DNA of 64,000 bases from Thiohalobacter sp. (GTDB lineage Bacteria; Pseudomonadota; Gammaproteobacteria; DSM-19610). The notes beneath the pieces were generated by a model, which saw only the letters and a program-made list of their open reading frames with translations, did not search any database and was not told the DNA's origin. A program made the translations under genes and the position numbers. Within the stretch, counting starts at the first letter, position 1. The number at the start of each line of letters is the position of its first letter. This document shows, in pieces, positions 8,913-19,643 of this stretch. The DNA lies in assembly GCA_026984835.1 (NCBI GenBank), contig JALSRI010000178.1:10430-74429 (forward strand). The letters are read 5' to 3'.

Positions 8913-11516
8913 TCAGGCATACAGCCCCTCGCGGCGCAGCAGGGCGAAGGTGCCTTTCTTCACCGCGTCGTTGAACAGACCCCAGGCCAGGGCGTAGGCC
9001 CAGATGTAAGCGGCCCATTGCCAGCCGACCGGTTCCACCCACCAGCCATAGACACCGATCAGCGTGCCCAGCACGGCGCTCCAGAAACTGGCGTGCAGCA
9101 GGGCCGGAGCCGGCAGCGGGCGCTTCCACATCCAGTCCTCGGTGCGGGTGACGAAGATGGTGGTATGGCCGGCCACGATGAGCTTGAGGAAGATGACCGA
9201 CTGGATGAAAGGCTCGGGATAGTCGAGCTGCTGGAGGATGAAGAACAGCAGGAAGGAACTGACGACGCCGGCCACGCCAAGGACGCTCGACACGATCATC
9301 AGCTCCTGCAGGTTCCAGCGCACCGGCTCCTGCTGCACGCGGGTGTTGTCGTAGGCGATGGCCAGGATGGGGATGTCGTTGAGCAGCGCCAGGATGACGA
9401 TCATGATGGCGGTGATGGGGTAGAAGTTGAACACCACGATGGACAGCGTCATGAACAAGAGCACGCGGATGGTTTCCGCGATGCGGTAGACGGCATAGGA
9501 TTTCATGCGCTCGAAAGTGATGCGGGCCTGTTCCATGGCGTGGCCGATGACCGACAGGCCAGGCGCGGTGAGAATGATGTCGGCGGCGGCGCGCGCCGCG
9601 TCGGTGGCGTTGGCGACAGCGAAGCCGCAGTCGGCTTTTCTGAGCGCCGGCGCGTCGTTGACGCCATCGCCGGTCATGCCGACGATATGGCCGGCTTTCT
9701 GCAGGGTCTCCACCAGCGCGTACTTGTCCTCGGGTACCACCTCGGCGAAGATGTCGACCGATTCGATCATCTCCACCAGGGCGGATTCGTGGGTGTGCAC
9801 GAACTCCTGCTCCAGCAAGCGGGTATCGAACAGGTGGTCCAGCTCCTCGATGACTTCGCTGGCGAAGTGGCGCGCCTCCTTGACCGAGACTTGCGGGTTG
9901 AGCTTGTGATAGATGGCGGTCGTCAGCGCCTCGGCCAAGGCCATCAGTTCACTGCCGGACTTGCCGGACAGCTGCTCCGAGCGCATGGCGCGCGGTTCCA
10001 GGCCCAGCAGGCGACCGATCTCGCGGGCGATGGCGATGTTGTCGCCGGTCACCATCTTGACCCGTACACCGTAGTCGCGCATGGCCTCGATGACGGCGGC
10101 CGAGTCTTCGCGCGGCGGATCCATGAGCGGGATCAGGCCGATGATCTCGGGCGGCTGTTTGTCTTCCTGGCGTGCCACCACCAGGGTGCGGTAGCCCTTG
10201 CTGGCCAGCAGGTCGATGGTGCGGCTGATGGCGATGCGTTCGTTGTCCGGCATCTCGGCCATTTCCAGCAGCACCTGGGCGGCGCCCTTGAACACCCGGA
10301 AGCGCCGGCCGTCGCGCTCGATCTCCGCCTCGGTACGCTTGCGCACCGGGTCGAAGGGCGTGAACCCGAGCTGACGGTACGCCTGCCAGTCGCTGTCCGG
10401 GAAGTGCTCGTCGATGTAGTGGAACAGCGGCAGCTCGATCGGGTCGTGGTTCTCCTTGCGTGATGCCAGCACGGCATACAGGAACAATTCCCGCTCGTCA
10501 TGGCCGTCGAGCACAACCGGTTCGGCGACATGCATTTCGTTCCGGGTCAGGGTGCCGGTCTTGTCCGAGCAGAACACGTCCACCCCGGCCAGTTCCTCGA
10601 TAGCCGTCAGGCGTGACACGATGGCCTGGCGCCGCGCCAGGTTCATCGCCCCCACCGCCATGGTGACGGACAGCACGGCGGGCAGGGCCACGGGTATGGC
10701 GGCCACGGTCAGCACCATGGCGAAGCGCAGGATCTCCAGGAAATCCTCATGGCGGAACAGCGCCACCATGAGGATCAGCAGTACCAGCGCGATGGTGACG
10801 ATGATGAGGAAGTTGCCGATCCTGATGACCATCTGCTGGAAGTGGCTGCGCTCCTCCAGCGAGGCCCGGGCCACCAGCGCCACCACAGAGTGGAAGCGGG
10901 TGCTGGCGCCCGTGTTGACCACCACGGCGCGCATCTCGCCCTGTTTGACGATGGTATTGGTGTAGGCGACCTCGCCGCGACGCCGGGTCACCGGCAGGGA
11001 TTCGCCTGTCAGCGCCGACTGGTCGATGGCCAGGTAGTCGCCATCCAGCAACTGTACATCGGCGGGCACCACGTCACCGATCTTCAGCTTGATGATGTCG
11101 CCGGGCACCAGTTCGCGCGCCGGGACCACCTGCCAGTCACCGTCGCGCAGCACGGTGACTTCCAGCGCCATCCTGCGCTTGAGCGCTTCCAGGGCATTCA
11201 TCGCCCGGTGCTCCTGCAGGAAATCCAGGCCGGCGTTGACCAGCAGCATCACGACGATGATGCTGAAATCCTCCCATTTCCCCACCAGCGCCGAGAGTAC
11301 CGCGGCGGTCTCTATCATCCAGGGGATGGGGCCCCAGAAGCGGCGGAAGATGCGATGCCAGAGCGGCTCGACCTTTTCCTCGCTCTCGTTGTAGCCGTAG
11401 CGCTGAAGCCTGGCCCGGACCTCGTCGCTGCGCAGGCCGCTGTCGGCGTCAACGTCGAGTTCGCGCAGGGTGCGGTCGACGTCCTGCCCCAGGTAGTCAT
11501 CCGTCTGTCGGTTCAT
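8913..11516 (-). CDS. P-type ATPase, plasma-membrane proton-pump (type IIIA)-like
   Basis: N-terminus GLRSDEVRARLQRYGYNE...[43 protein letters not shown] 11516 chosen because the longer ORF start at 11657 lies inside ftsH. Confidence 0.85.
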   Translation of the reverse strand: MNRQTDDYLGQDVDRTLRELDVDADSGLRSDEVRARLQRYGYNESEEKVEPLWHRIFRRFWGPIPWMIETAAVLSALVGKWEDFSIIVVMLLVNAGLDFLQEHRAMNALEALKRRMALEVTVLRDGDWQVVPARELVPGDIIKLKIGDVVPADVQLLDGDYLAIDQSALTGESLPVTRRRGEVAYTNTIVKQGEMRAVVVNTGASTRFHSVVALVARASLEERSHFQQMVIRIGNFLIIVTIALVLLILMVALFRHEDFLEILRFAMVLTVAAIPVALPAVLSVTMAVGAMNLARRQAIVSRLTAIEELAGVDVFCSDKTGTLTRNEMHVAEPVVLDGHDERELFLYAVLASRKENHDPIELPLFHYIDEHFPDSDWQAYRQLGFTPFDPVRKRTEAEIERDGRRFRVFKGAAQVLLEMAEMPDNERIAISRTIDLLASKGYRTLVVARQEDKQPPEIIGLIPLMDPPREDSAAVIEAMRDYGVRVKMVTGDNIAIAREIGRLLGLEPRAMRSEQLSGKSGSELMALAEALTTAIYHKLNPQVSVKEARHFASEVIEELDHLFDTRLLEQEFVHTHESALVEMIESVDIFAEVVPEDKYALVETLQKAGHIVGMTGDGVNDAPALRKADCGFAVANATDAARAAADIILTAPGLSVIGHAMEQARITFERMKSYAVYRIAETIRVLLFMTLSIVVFNFYPITAIMIVILALLNDIPILAIAYDNTRVQQEPVRWNLQELMIVSSVLGVAGVVSSFLLFFILQQLDYPEPFIQSVIFLKLIVAGHTTIFVTRTEDWMWKRPLPAPALLHASFWSAVLGTLIGVYGWWVEPVGWQWAAYIWAYALAWGLFNDAVKKGTFALLRREGLYA

Positions 11517-13404
11517 TCCCGCCGCCTTCGGTTTCCCTGACCACCTGCTGGACTTCCTCGCCATCGATGACTTCCTTCTCGCGCAGGCGGGCGGCCAGCG
11601 CGTCCAGGGTATTGCGCCGCGCAGTGAGGATCTCCCGCGCCCGCCGGTGGCCCTCATCGACCAGGGCGCGGACTTCCTCGTCGATCTGGCGCGCCGTCTC
11701 CTCGCTGTAGTTGCGTTCTTCCTGTTCCACGCCCAGGTACATGAGCTGCTGGTGCTTTCCGAAGGTCAGCGGGCCCAGCTTGTCGCTCATGCCGAGCCGG
11801 GTGACCATGGAGCGGGCGATTTCGGTGGCGCGTTCCAAGTCGTTGGAGGCGCCGCTGGAGACGTCGCCGTAGACGATCTCCTCGGCCACCCGGCCGCCCA
11901 GCAGGATGGCGATCTGGTCCTTGAGCTCGCTGACCGTGGACAGGAACTTCTCTTCCACCGGCAGTTGCAGGGTATAGCCCAGCGCCGCCACGCCGCGCGG
12001 GATGATGGAGACCTTGTGCACCGGTTCGCCGGTCGGCACCGTCACGGCCACCAGGGTATGGCCGGATTCATGGAAGGCCACGCGTTCCTTCTCTTCGTCG
12101 CCCAGACCCCGGTGTTTCTTCTCGGGACCGGCGATGACGCGGTCGATGGCGGCCTCGAAGTCGTCCATGGTGACGGCCTCGTGGTTCAGGCGCACGGCAT
12201 GGATGGCGGCCTCGTTGGCGATGTTGGCGAGGTCCGCGCCGACGAAGCCCGGCGTACGTTGCGCCACCACGCGCAGGTCGACGTCTTCGGCCAGCTTCAT
12301 GCCGCGGGTGTGGACCCTGAGGATGGCCTCGCGCGCCTCCAGGTCGGGCTTGTCGACCACGATCTGGCGGTCGAAGCGGCCGGCGCGCAGCAACGCCTTG
12401 TCGAGGATCTCGGGGCGGTTGGTGGCCGCCATCACCACCACGCCCACCGACGGGTCGAAGCCGTCCATTTCGGTGAGCAGCTGGTTCAGCGTCTGTTCGC
12501 GCTCGTCGTGCCCGCCCACCGGGGAGCCCATGCCCCGCGCGCCGCCGATGGCGTCCAGCTCGTCGATGAAAATGATGCAGGGAGCCTTCTGGCGCGCCTG
12601 CTCGAACAGGTCGCGGACCCGTGCCGCGCCCACGCCGACGAACATTTCGATGAACTCCGAGCCGCTGATGCTGAAGAAGGGTACCCGGGCCTCGCCGGCC
12701 ACCGCCCGCGCCAGCAGCGTCTTGCCGGTGCCGGGCGGGCCCATGAGCAGCACGCCCTTGGGCATGTGGCCGCCGAGACGCTGGATACGGGCCGGGTCCT
12801 TGAGGAAGGCGATGGTCTCGGCCAGTTCCTGCTTGGCCTCTTCGGCGCCGGCGACGTCGTCGAAGGTGACCTTGACGTCCTCCTCCGAATGGATGCGCAC
12901 CTTGTTGCCGATGTTGAGGAAGCTTCTGCCCATGCCGCCCATGCGCTGGGCCATCCAGCCCCACAACAGGAACAGCAGGCCGAAGGGCAGCACCCAGTTG
13001 AAGAAGAAATTGCTCAGCCAGTTGTCGCCCTGGCGCACGACGAACTTGACGCCATGCTTTTCCAGGTTCCTGGCCAGGTCGTTGTCCCACAGCGGAATGG
13101 TGACGAAGCGCCTGGGTTCCTGGGTGGCCGGGTCCTTGAGGGTCAGGGTGCCGGTGATGACTTTCCGGGTGACGACGGCCTCCGCCACCTCACCTTTCTC
13201 GACGTGTTCCAGGAACTCGCTGTAGGGGATCTCGGTCCGGCGCACCTCGCGGTAGCCCTGCCACAGGTAGAAGGACACCACCAGGAAGATGATGTACAGC
13301 CAGAGGGTGAAGTCGGGGCGCTGCCAGAACTTGCGTTCGGCCGGCTTGTTGATCTCGATTTCCGGTTTTTTGTTGCTGCCGACCTTGAAATGGCTCTTCT
13401 TCAT
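11497..13404 (-). CDS. ftsH: ATP-dependent zinc metalloprotease FtsH
   Basis: N-terminal TM pair, AAA+ Walker A GPPGTGKT, second region of homology, HESGH zinc site. Confidence 0.95.
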   Translation of the reverse strand: MKKSHFKVGSNKKPEIEINKPAERKFWQRPDFTLWLYIIFLVVSFYLWQGYREVRRTEIPYSEFLEHVEKGEVAEAVVTRKVITGTLTLKDPATQEPRRFVTIPLWDNDLARNLEKHGVKFVVRQGDNWLSNFFFNWVLPFGLLFLLWGWMAQRMGGMGRSFLNIGNKVRIHSEEDVKVTFDDVAGAEEAKQELAETIAFLKDPARIQRLGGHMPKGVLLMGPPGTGKTLLARAVAGEARVPFFSISGSEFIEMFVGVGAARVRDLFEQARQKAPCIIFIDELDAIGGARGMGSPVGGHDEREQTLNQLLTEMDGFDPSVGVVVMAATNRPEILDKALLRAGRFDRQIVVDKPDLEAREAILRVHTRGMKLAEDVDLRVVAQRTPGFVGADLANIANEAAIHAVRLNHEAVTMDDFEAAIDRVIAGPEKKHRGLGDEEKERVAFHESGHTLVAVTVPTGEPVHKVSIIPRGVAALGYTLQLPVEEKFLSTVSELKDQIAILLGGRVAEEIVYGDVSSGASNDLERATEIARSMVTRLGMSDKLGPLTFGKHQQLMYLGVEQEERNYSEETARQIDEEVRALVDEGHRRAREILTARRNTLDALAARLREKEVIDGEEVQQVVRETEGGGNEPTDG

Positions 13405-13461
13405 GGCGTCCTCGTCGGGTTGGCGTGCGTGCCGCAGTGGTCAGCGGACAGGATACACCGC

Positions 13462-13490
13462 ATAATGGTGCCCGACCCGGCGCGATTCAA
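13462..13490 (-). promoter_or_regulatory. sigma70-like promoter candidate for ftsH operon (TTGAAT-17-CATTAT)
   Basis: Read on the minus strand: -35 at 13490-13485, -10 at 13467-13462. ftsH ATG is at 13404. Confidence 0.3.
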
Positions 13491-13514
13491 GCCCGTTTCC
13501 CGCAAGGAGCCGTC

Positions 13515-13916
13515 ATGCTCGTTGGAATCCTGTTCATCTGGCTGGTCACGGCCTTCGGCCTGTGGATCGTCACCCTGGTGGTGCCCGGCGTCACGGCGCG
13601 TTCGACGGGCAGCCTGCTGCTGGCGGCGCTGGTGCTGGGCCTGGTCAACGCCTTCATCCGGCCGCTGCTCTGGTTGCTGACCCTGCCGCTCACGGTGCTG
13701 ACCTTCGGCCTGTTCGCGCTGGTCATCAATGCCTTCACCCTCTGGTTCACCGGCGCCGTGGTCAACGGCTTCGAGGTGCGCGATTTCGCTTCGGCGCTGC
13801 TGGCGGCGCTGGTCATGGCGCTGCTGGGCCTGGCCGGCTTCATCCTGCTGCAGTGGCTGATGATGGGCGAGGTGCACTGGATGTACATGACCGGCCGGCA
13901 AGGCGTCTACCTGTAG
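13515..13916 (+). CDS. DUF360 / phage holin 4_2 family membrane protein
   Basis: Four hydrophobic helices with FIRPLLWLLTLPLTVLTFGLF typical of the family. ATG 13515 preceded by AAGGAG. Confidence 0.6.
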   Translation: MLVGILFIWLVTAFGLWIVTLVVPGVTARSTGSLLLAALVLGLVNAFIRPLLWLLTLPLTVLTFGLFALVINAFTLWFTGAVVNGFEVRDFASALLAALVMALLGLAGFILLQWLMMGEVHWMYMTGRQGVYL

Positions 13917-13954
13917 GGGCTTTCCCTGCGAAGCTGCGGCGGTGGCCCGGACAT

Positions 13955-14737
13955 TCAGGCGCGGCCGCCGCCTGCGCGGGCATGGATCAGCACGTAGCGC
14001 AGGCCGAGCAGCACCAGGAAGAGGCCGAAGAAGGCCCGCAGCCGGGCCTCCGGCAGCGCCAGCGCCAGGTGGCTGCCGACGGCGGCGCCGGCCAGTGCAC
14101 CGATGGCCAGCGGCAGCACCAGCGGCCGGCAGACATTGCCCAGCCGCCAGTTCTCCCAGCTGCCGGCCAGCGTCGCCGGCAGCCGCGCGGCCAGCGAGCA
14201 GCCCTGGGCGAGTTGCTGCGGCATGCCCAGCCCCAGCACGAACAGCGGCGCCAGCACCGGTCCGCCGCTGATGCCGACAACGCCGGCGACCAGACCCTCG
14301 ACGATGCCCACCCCGACCAGGTAGGGTGCCGACCAGGGTTCCTGTATCACCCAGCCCGCCGGCAACTGTTCCCGGAAGATCACCAGCAGGCCGCCCACTG
14401 CCACCACGGCGCCGAATTCGCGCTTGAGCGTGTCCGGCGGCAGGCGTTCCGACCAGGCCGCCGCCAGCGGCGTGACGATCATCGACGGAATGGCCACCCA
14501 CAGTACCGTCCACAGGTCGACCTGGCCGCGCAAGCCGTAGACGGCCGTGCCGGTGGCGGCCGAGAAGACCGCCACCGTGATGGCCGTGCCGCGCGCCGCC
14601 AGCGGTGCCAGTCCGGCCCAGCCCATGAGCAGCGGGATCACCAGCGTACCGCCGCCGAGACTGACCAGGCCGCCGCCGAAGCCGGCGACGAAACCGATGC
14701 CGAGACCCTTGAGCCAGGACGGGCGTTGCGGTTGCAC
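13955..14737 (-). CDS. TauE/SafE family sulfite/anion exporter
   Basis: Gly-rich polytopic protein with a two-fold internal repeat (GGGLVSLGGG, GISGGPVLAP). GTG 14737 chosen, 7 nt after the glgP stop. Confidence 0.7.
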   Translation of the reverse strand: MQPQRPSWLKGLGIGFVAGFGGGLVSLGGGTLVIPLLMGWAGLAPLAARGTAITVAVFSAATGTAVYGLRGQVDLWTVLWVAIPSMIVTPLAAAWSERLPPDTLKREFGAVVAVGGLLVIFREQLPAGWVIQEPWSAPYLVGVGIVEGLVAGVVGISGGPVLAPLFVLGLGMPQQLAQGCSLAARLPATLAGSWENWRLGNVCRPLVLPLAIGALAGAAVGSHLALALPEARLRAFFGLFLVLLGLRYVLIHARAGGGRA

Positions 14738-14744
14738 GGCGCGC

Positions 14745-17252
14745 TCAACGCTGCCAGAGAATGCGGTTGGCCTCCAGCGGCACACTGGCATGCGGGTGCG
14801 CCGGTACCACCCGCACCGTGTAGTCACGGGCCGGTCGCTGGGCGGGAATCAGGGCAGAGTAGCGGTAACCGTTCACCGCGCCGGCGAGTTCCTCCATGCG
14901 TTGCAGGGGATAGCGTTCCGGCATCGACTCCGCGTCGTGGGGGTCGGCATAGAGTTCCACGCGGACGCTGTCCGGATCCAGGTCATCGAGGTACAGCTGG
15001 ACCTCGACGCCGATCTTCAGATCGTCCTCCTCGATCACGACATTGCCGAAATGGAGGGCCGGCCAGTGCAACTCGATCTGGCGCTGCCAGTCACGGATGG
15101 CGCGGGCCAGGGCGGCGTCATCTGCCGAGCGCGCCTGCGCCGCGCGGGCCAGCGGCAGGTAGTGGGCTTCCGTGTATTCGCGCAGCATGCGGTTGGTGGA
15201 GAAGCGCGGCGTGAGCTCCGCCATGCTGCGGCGCATGTGTGCCACCCACTCCCGTGGTATGCCCTGGGCGTCGCGGTGGTAGAACAGCGGCACGATCTCC
15301 TGTTCCAGCAGCCGGTACAGGGCCTCTGCCTCTTTGGCGTCCCAGGCCGGGTCGGCGTCGTGTTCGCGGCCGTCGCCGAGGCGCCAGCCCAGCCCCGGCT
15401 GCCAGGCCTCGGCCCACCAGCCGTCCAGTTCGGACAGGTTCAGACCGCCGTTGACCAATACCTTCATGCCGCTGGTGCCGCAGGCCTCCCAGGGCCGGCG
15501 CGGGGTGTTGATCCAGACGTCGATGCCTTCCACCAGGTGACTGGCGGCGAGCAGATCGTAGTCCACCAGGAACACCGTGTGGCGTCCTAGGTCGTGGTCG
15601 CGGATGAAACTGAACCACTCACGGATCATGGCCTGGCCTTCGTGGTCCCGGGGGTGCGCCTTGCCGGCGATGACCAGTTGTACGGGTTGCTCGCTGCGCC
15701 TGAGCAGCGCCGCCAGCCGGGCCGGTTCGTGCAGCAGCAGGTTGGGTCGCTTGTAGGTGGCAAAGCGGCGCGCGAAGCCGAGGGTCAGGATGTTGGGATC
15801 GAGCAGGTCGCCCGGGCCACGGTTGGCCGGTTGTTGATAGTCCCTGCGGCGGCGCAGCCATTCGACGAGCCGCTGGCGGTTGCGGGTGCGCATTTCCCAC
15901 AGCTCGGCATCCGACACCCGGTAGATGGCGTCCTTCATTTCCTGCAGTTCGTCGCGCCAGCGGTCCTTGCTGCAGGCGGTCGTCCACAGGCGGTCCGACT
16001 CCACCGAGTCCCAGCTCGGCACGTGCACGCCGTTGGTGACGTGGCCGACCGGCACTTCAGCGTTCGGCCAGCGCGGAAACAGCGGTTCGAACAGCCGGCG
16101 GCTGACCTGGCCATGCAGGCGGCTCACGCCGTTGACGGCGGCGCTGCCGTGGATGGCCAGCCAGGCCATGTTGAAGGGCTCGTTCGCATCGTCCGGGTTG
16201 GCGCGGCCCAGGGCCAGCAACGCGTCCGGCGCCAGCCCGGCCCGTTCGCACCAGGGCGCCAGGTAGTGGCGCACCAGCCCGGGTGCGAAGCGATCGAAGC
16301 CGGCATCCACCGGCGTATGGGTGGTGAACAGGTTGCCGGCACGGGTCGCCACCAGGGCGGTGGCGAAATCCGTGTCCTGGCGTGCCTTGAAGGCGCGCGC
16401 CCGTTCCAGCACCGCGAAGGCGGCGTGGCCCTCGTTGAGATGGCAGGCCCCGGGCGTTGCCCCCAGCTGTTCCAGCAGTCGCCAGCCACCCACCCCCAGC
16501 ACCAGTTCCTGCTGCAGGCGCAGTTCCGGTCCGCCGCCATAGAGCTCGCTGGTGATGCCGCGGTCAGCGGCGTCGTTGAGCGGGTGGTTGCTGTCCAGCA
16601 GGTAAAGGCGGACCCGGCCCACCTGCACCTGCCAGACGCGCAGCAGCAGTTCGCGGCCGGGGAATTCGAGGCGGACGGTCAGCCATTCGCCGTCGGCGTT
16701 GCGCATCGGGGTCGCCGGCAGCAGGGTGGGGTCGTTGTAGGGGTAGAAGGCCAGCTGGTTGCCGTCGGCGTCCAGCGCCTGGCGAAAATAACCCTGCTGG
16801 TAGAGCAGGCCGATGGCCTGCAGCGGCACACCCAGTTCGGAGCAGGTCTTGAGATGATCGCCGGCCAGTACGCCAAGCCCGCCCGAGTACAGGGGCAGCG
16901 CCTCGCTGAGGCCATACTCCATGCAGAAATAGGCCACCGGCTCCAGTCCGCCGGCGCCGTACTTTTGTGAGAACCAGGTATCGCCGCCCAGGGCCGCCTT
17001 CTGTTCCTCGCGCAGTTCCCGCAACAGGGTGCGGAAGTCTGCATCGCCGGCCAGCGCCTGCAGCCGTCCCAGGCTGACCGTCTGCAGTATCAGCCAGGGA
17101 TTGCGGGTATGGCGCCACAGCGGTTCGTCGATGCGTCGCCACAGGGCATCGGCCACATGGCTCCAGGACCAGCGCAGGTCCAGCGCCAGCAGGCGCAGGT
17201 CTGCCAGTTCCTGCGGCAGGTCGGGGCGTGCTTCGTAGGGCATGTGATCCAT
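14745..17252 (-). CDS. glgP: alpha-glucan (glycogen/maltodextrin) phosphorylase, GT35
   Basis: 835 aa. PLP-lysine region EACGTSGMKVLVNGGLNLSELDGWW. Confidence 0.9.
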   Translation of the reverse strand: MDHMPYEARPDLPQELADLRLLALDLRWSWSHVADALWRRIDEPLWRHTRNPWLILQTVSLGRLQALAGDADFRTLLRELREEQKAALGGDTWFSQKYGAGGLEPVAYFCMEYGLSEALPLYSGGLGVLAGDHLKTCSELGVPLQAIGLLYQQGYFRQALDADGNQLAFYPYNDPTLLPATPMRNADGEWLTVRLEFPGRELLLRVWQVQVGRVRLYLLDSNHPLNDAADRGITSELYGGGPELRLQQELVLGVGGWRLLEQLGATPGACHLNEGHAAFAVLERARAFKARQDTDFATALVATRAGNLFTTHTPVDAGFDRFAPGLVRHYLAPWCERAGLAPDALLALGRANPDDANEPFNMAWLAIHGSAAVNGVSRLHGQVSRRLFEPLFPRWPNAEVPVGHVTNGVHVPSWDSVESDRLWTTACSKDRWRDELQEMKDAIYRVSDAELWEMRTRNRQRLVEWLRRRRDYQQPANRGPGDLLDPNILTLGFARRFATYKRPNLLLHEPARLAALLRRSEQPVQLVIAGKAHPRDHEGQAMIREWFSFIRDHDLGRHTVFLVDYDLLAASHLVEGIDVWINTPRRPWEACGTSGMKVLVNGGLNLSELDGWWAEAWQPGLGWRLGDGREHDADPAWDAKEAEALYRLLEQEIVPLFYHRDAQGIPREWVAHMRRSMAELTPRFSTNRMLREYTEAHYLPLARAAQARSADDAALARAIRDWQRQIELHWPALHFGNVVIEEDDLKIGVEVQLYLDDLDPDSVRVELYADPHDAESMPERYPLQRMEELAGAVNGYRYSALIPAQRPARDYTVRVVPAHPHASVPLEANRILWQR

Positions 17253-17255
17253 GGT

Positions 17256-19643
17256 TCAGTCCTGTCCGGTGTCCGGCTGCGACCACGTCCAGTCGCGGAT
17301 CTCCGGCATGTCCTCGCCGTGGGTGGTGATGTATTCGCGGTGTTCCACCAGCTTGTCGTGCAGGGCCTGGTGCAGGTGGCCGGCGCGGTCGCTGAGCGCC
17401 GGCACCCGGTCGGCCACGTCCATGACCAGGTGGAAGCGGTCCAGGTCGTTGCGCACCACCATGTCGAAGGGCGTGGTGGTGGTGCCTTCCTCCTTGTAGC
17501 CGCGCACGTGCAGGTGGTCGTGGAAGCGGCGCCGGTAGGTCAGCCGGTGGATCAGCCAGGGATAGCCGTGGAAGGCGAAGATGACCGGGATGTCGGTGCC
17601 GAACAGGGCGTCGAAATCGGCATCCGGCAGGCCGTGCGGGTGCTCCTCGTGCGGCTGCAGGGTCATGAGGTCGACCACGTTGACGACGCGGATGCGCAGT
17701 TCCGGTGCGAACGCGCGCAGCAGTTGCACCGCCGCCAGGGTCTCGATGGTGGGCACGTCGCCGCAGCAGGCCATGATCACGTCGGGCTTGCCGTCCTGGT
17801 CGTTGCTGGCCCATTCCCAGATGCCGATGCCGGCCGTGCAGTGCTTGATGGCGGCATCCATGTCCAGCCACTGTGGTTCCGGCTGCTTGCCGGCGACGAT
17901 GACGTTGACCAGGTTGCGCGACGCCAGGCACCGGTGGGTGACGTGCAGCAGGCAGTTGGCGTCCGGCGGCAGGTAGACGCGCACGATGTCGGCCTTCTTG
18001 TTGACCACGTGGTCAATGAAGCCCGGGTCCTGGTGCGAGAAGCCGTTGTGGTCCTGGCGCCAGACGTGCGAGGTGAGCAGGATGTTGAGCGAGGCGATGT
18101 CGGCGCGCCAGGGGATCTCGTTGCACACCTTGAGCCACTTGGCGTGCTGGTTGAACATGGAGTCCACGATATGGATGAAGGCCTCGTAGCAGGAGAACAG
18201 GCCGTGGCGGCCGGTCAGCAAATAGCCCTCCAGCCAGCCCTGGCAGGTGTGCTCGGACAGGATCTCCATGACGCGGCCGTCGGGTGCCAGGTGGTCGTCG
18301 TAGTCGTAGCGCTCGGCCAGCCAGGTCCGGTCGGTGACTTCCAGCAGGGCGCCGAGGCGGTTGGAGACGGTCTCGTCCGGCCCCATGATGCGGAAGTTGG
18401 CTGCTTCTTCATTCCGCTTCATGACGTCGCGCAGGTAGTCGCCCATGCGCCGCGTGGCCTCGCCCTGCGCAGCACCGGGCTGCTTCACTTCCAGTGCGTA
18501 GTCGCGGTAGTCGGGCAGGTGCAGCGGTTTCAGCAGCAGGCCGCCGTTGGCGTGCGGGTTGGCGCCCATGCGCCGTCTGCCCTGCGGCGCCAGCCCGGCG
18601 ATCTCCGGTTTGAGCCAGCCGCTGTTGTCGAACAGTTCCTCCGGCCTGTAGCTCTTCATCCAGTCTTCGAGAATCTTCAGGTGTTCGGGCCGGGTCACAT
18701 CCGGGATGGGCACCTGGTGGGCGCGCCAGTAGCCTTCCACTTTCAGGCCGTCGACCTCCCTGGGCCCGGTCCAGCCCTTGGGGGTGCGCAGGATGATCAT
18801 GGGCCAGCGCGGCAGGCGCACCTCGCCCCCCTCGCGCGCGCGCTGCTGGATGGCGCGGATGTCGGCCATCACCCGGTCGAAGACCGCCGCAAGCTGCTGG
18901 TGGACGGCCTCGGGTTCGTCGCCCGCCACCAGGTGCGGCTGATAGCCGTAGCCTTCGAACAGCCGGATCAGGTCGGCGGCGTCGATGCGCGCCAGTACCG
19001 TGGGATTGGCGATCTTGTAGCCGTTCAGGTGCAGCACCGGCAGCACGGCGCCATCGCGCGCCGGATCCAGGAACTTGTTGGAGTGCCAGGCGGTGGCCAG
19101 CGGCCCGGTCTCGGCCTCGCCGTCGCCGACCACGCACAGGGCGACCAGGTCCGGGTTGTCGAACACGGCGCCGAAGGCGTGGGCGATGGAATAGCCCAGC
19201 TCGCCGCCCTCGTGGATGGAGCCGGGCGTCTCCGGCGCGCAGTGGCTGGGCACCCCGCCGGGGAAGGAGAACTGCCGGAACAGCCGCTTCATGCCGGCCT
19301 CGTCGCGCGACACCTCCGGGTACAGCTCGCTGTAGGTGCCCTCCATCCAGGTGCTGGCCACCAGCGCCGGGCCGCCGTGGCCGGGCCCGGTGATGAAGAT
19401 GGCGTTGAGGTCGTCGCGCTTGATGATCCGGTTCATGTGCGCGTACAGCAGGTTCAGGCCGGGCGTGGTACCCCAGTGACCGAGGCGACGCGGCTTGATG
19501 TGTTCGGGCTTCAGCGGTTCCTTCAGCAGCGGGTTGTCCATGAGGAAGATCTGGCCGGCGGACAGGTAGTTGGCGGCGCGCCACCAGGCGTGCAATTGCC
19601 ATACCTCGTGCTCGTCGAGCGGGGTGTCTGGATTTCCGTTCAT
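17256..19643 (-). CDS. xfp: phosphoketolase (xylulose-5-P / fructose-6-P)
   Basis: 795 aa. N-terminus [11 protein letters not shown]...[11 protein letters not shown] and TPP-binding regions typical of Xfp. Confidence 0.95.
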   Translation of the reverse strand: MNGNPDTPLDEHEVWQLHAWWRAANYLSAGQIFLMDNPLLKEPLKPEHIKPRRLGHWGTTPGLNLLYAHMNRIIKRDDLNAIFITGPGHGGPALVASTWMEGTYSELYPEVSRDEAGMKRLFRQFSFPGGVPSHCAPETPGSIHEGGELGYSIAHAFGAVFDNPDLVALCVVGDGEAETGPLATAWHSNKFLDPARDGAVLPVLHLNGYKIANPTVLARIDAADLIRLFEGYGYQPHLVAGDEPEAVHQQLAAVFDRVMADIRAIQQRAREGGEVRLPRWPMIILRTPKGWTGPREVDGLKVEGYWRAHQVPIPDVTRPEHLKILEDWMKSYRPEELFDNSGWLKPEIAGLAPQGRRRMGANPHANGGLLLKPLHLPDYRDYALEVKQPGAAQGEATRRMGDYLRDVMKRNEEAANFRIMGPDETVSNRLGALLEVTDRTWLAERYDYDDHLAPDGRVMEILSEHTCQGWLEGYLLTGRHGLFSCYEAFIHIVDSMFNQHAKWLKVCNEIPWRADIASLNILLTSHVWRQDHNGFSHQDPGFIDHVVNKKADIVRVYLPPDANCLLHVTHRCLASRNLVNVIVAGKQPEPQWLDMDAAIKHCTAGIGIWEWASNDQDGKPDVIMACCGDVPTIETLAAVQLLRAFAPELRIRVVNVVDLMTLQPHEEHPHGLPDADFDALFGTDIPVIFAFHGYPWLIHRLTYRRRFHDHLHVRGYKEEGTTTTPFDMVVRNDLDRFHLVMDVADRVPALSDRAGHLHQALHDKLVEHREYITTHGEDMPEIRDWTWSQPDTGQD

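Noticed and set aside
8913-11657. N-terminal extensions of several ORF-track entries: 8913-11657, 23366-24928, 24795-26492, 25754-26905, 35819-37216, 52845-54776, 29411-30805, 46096-47031.
   Set aside because: The extensions overlap the upstream gene and are compositionally junk. Internal starts give proteins of the expected family length, often with start/stop overlaps or an RBS.
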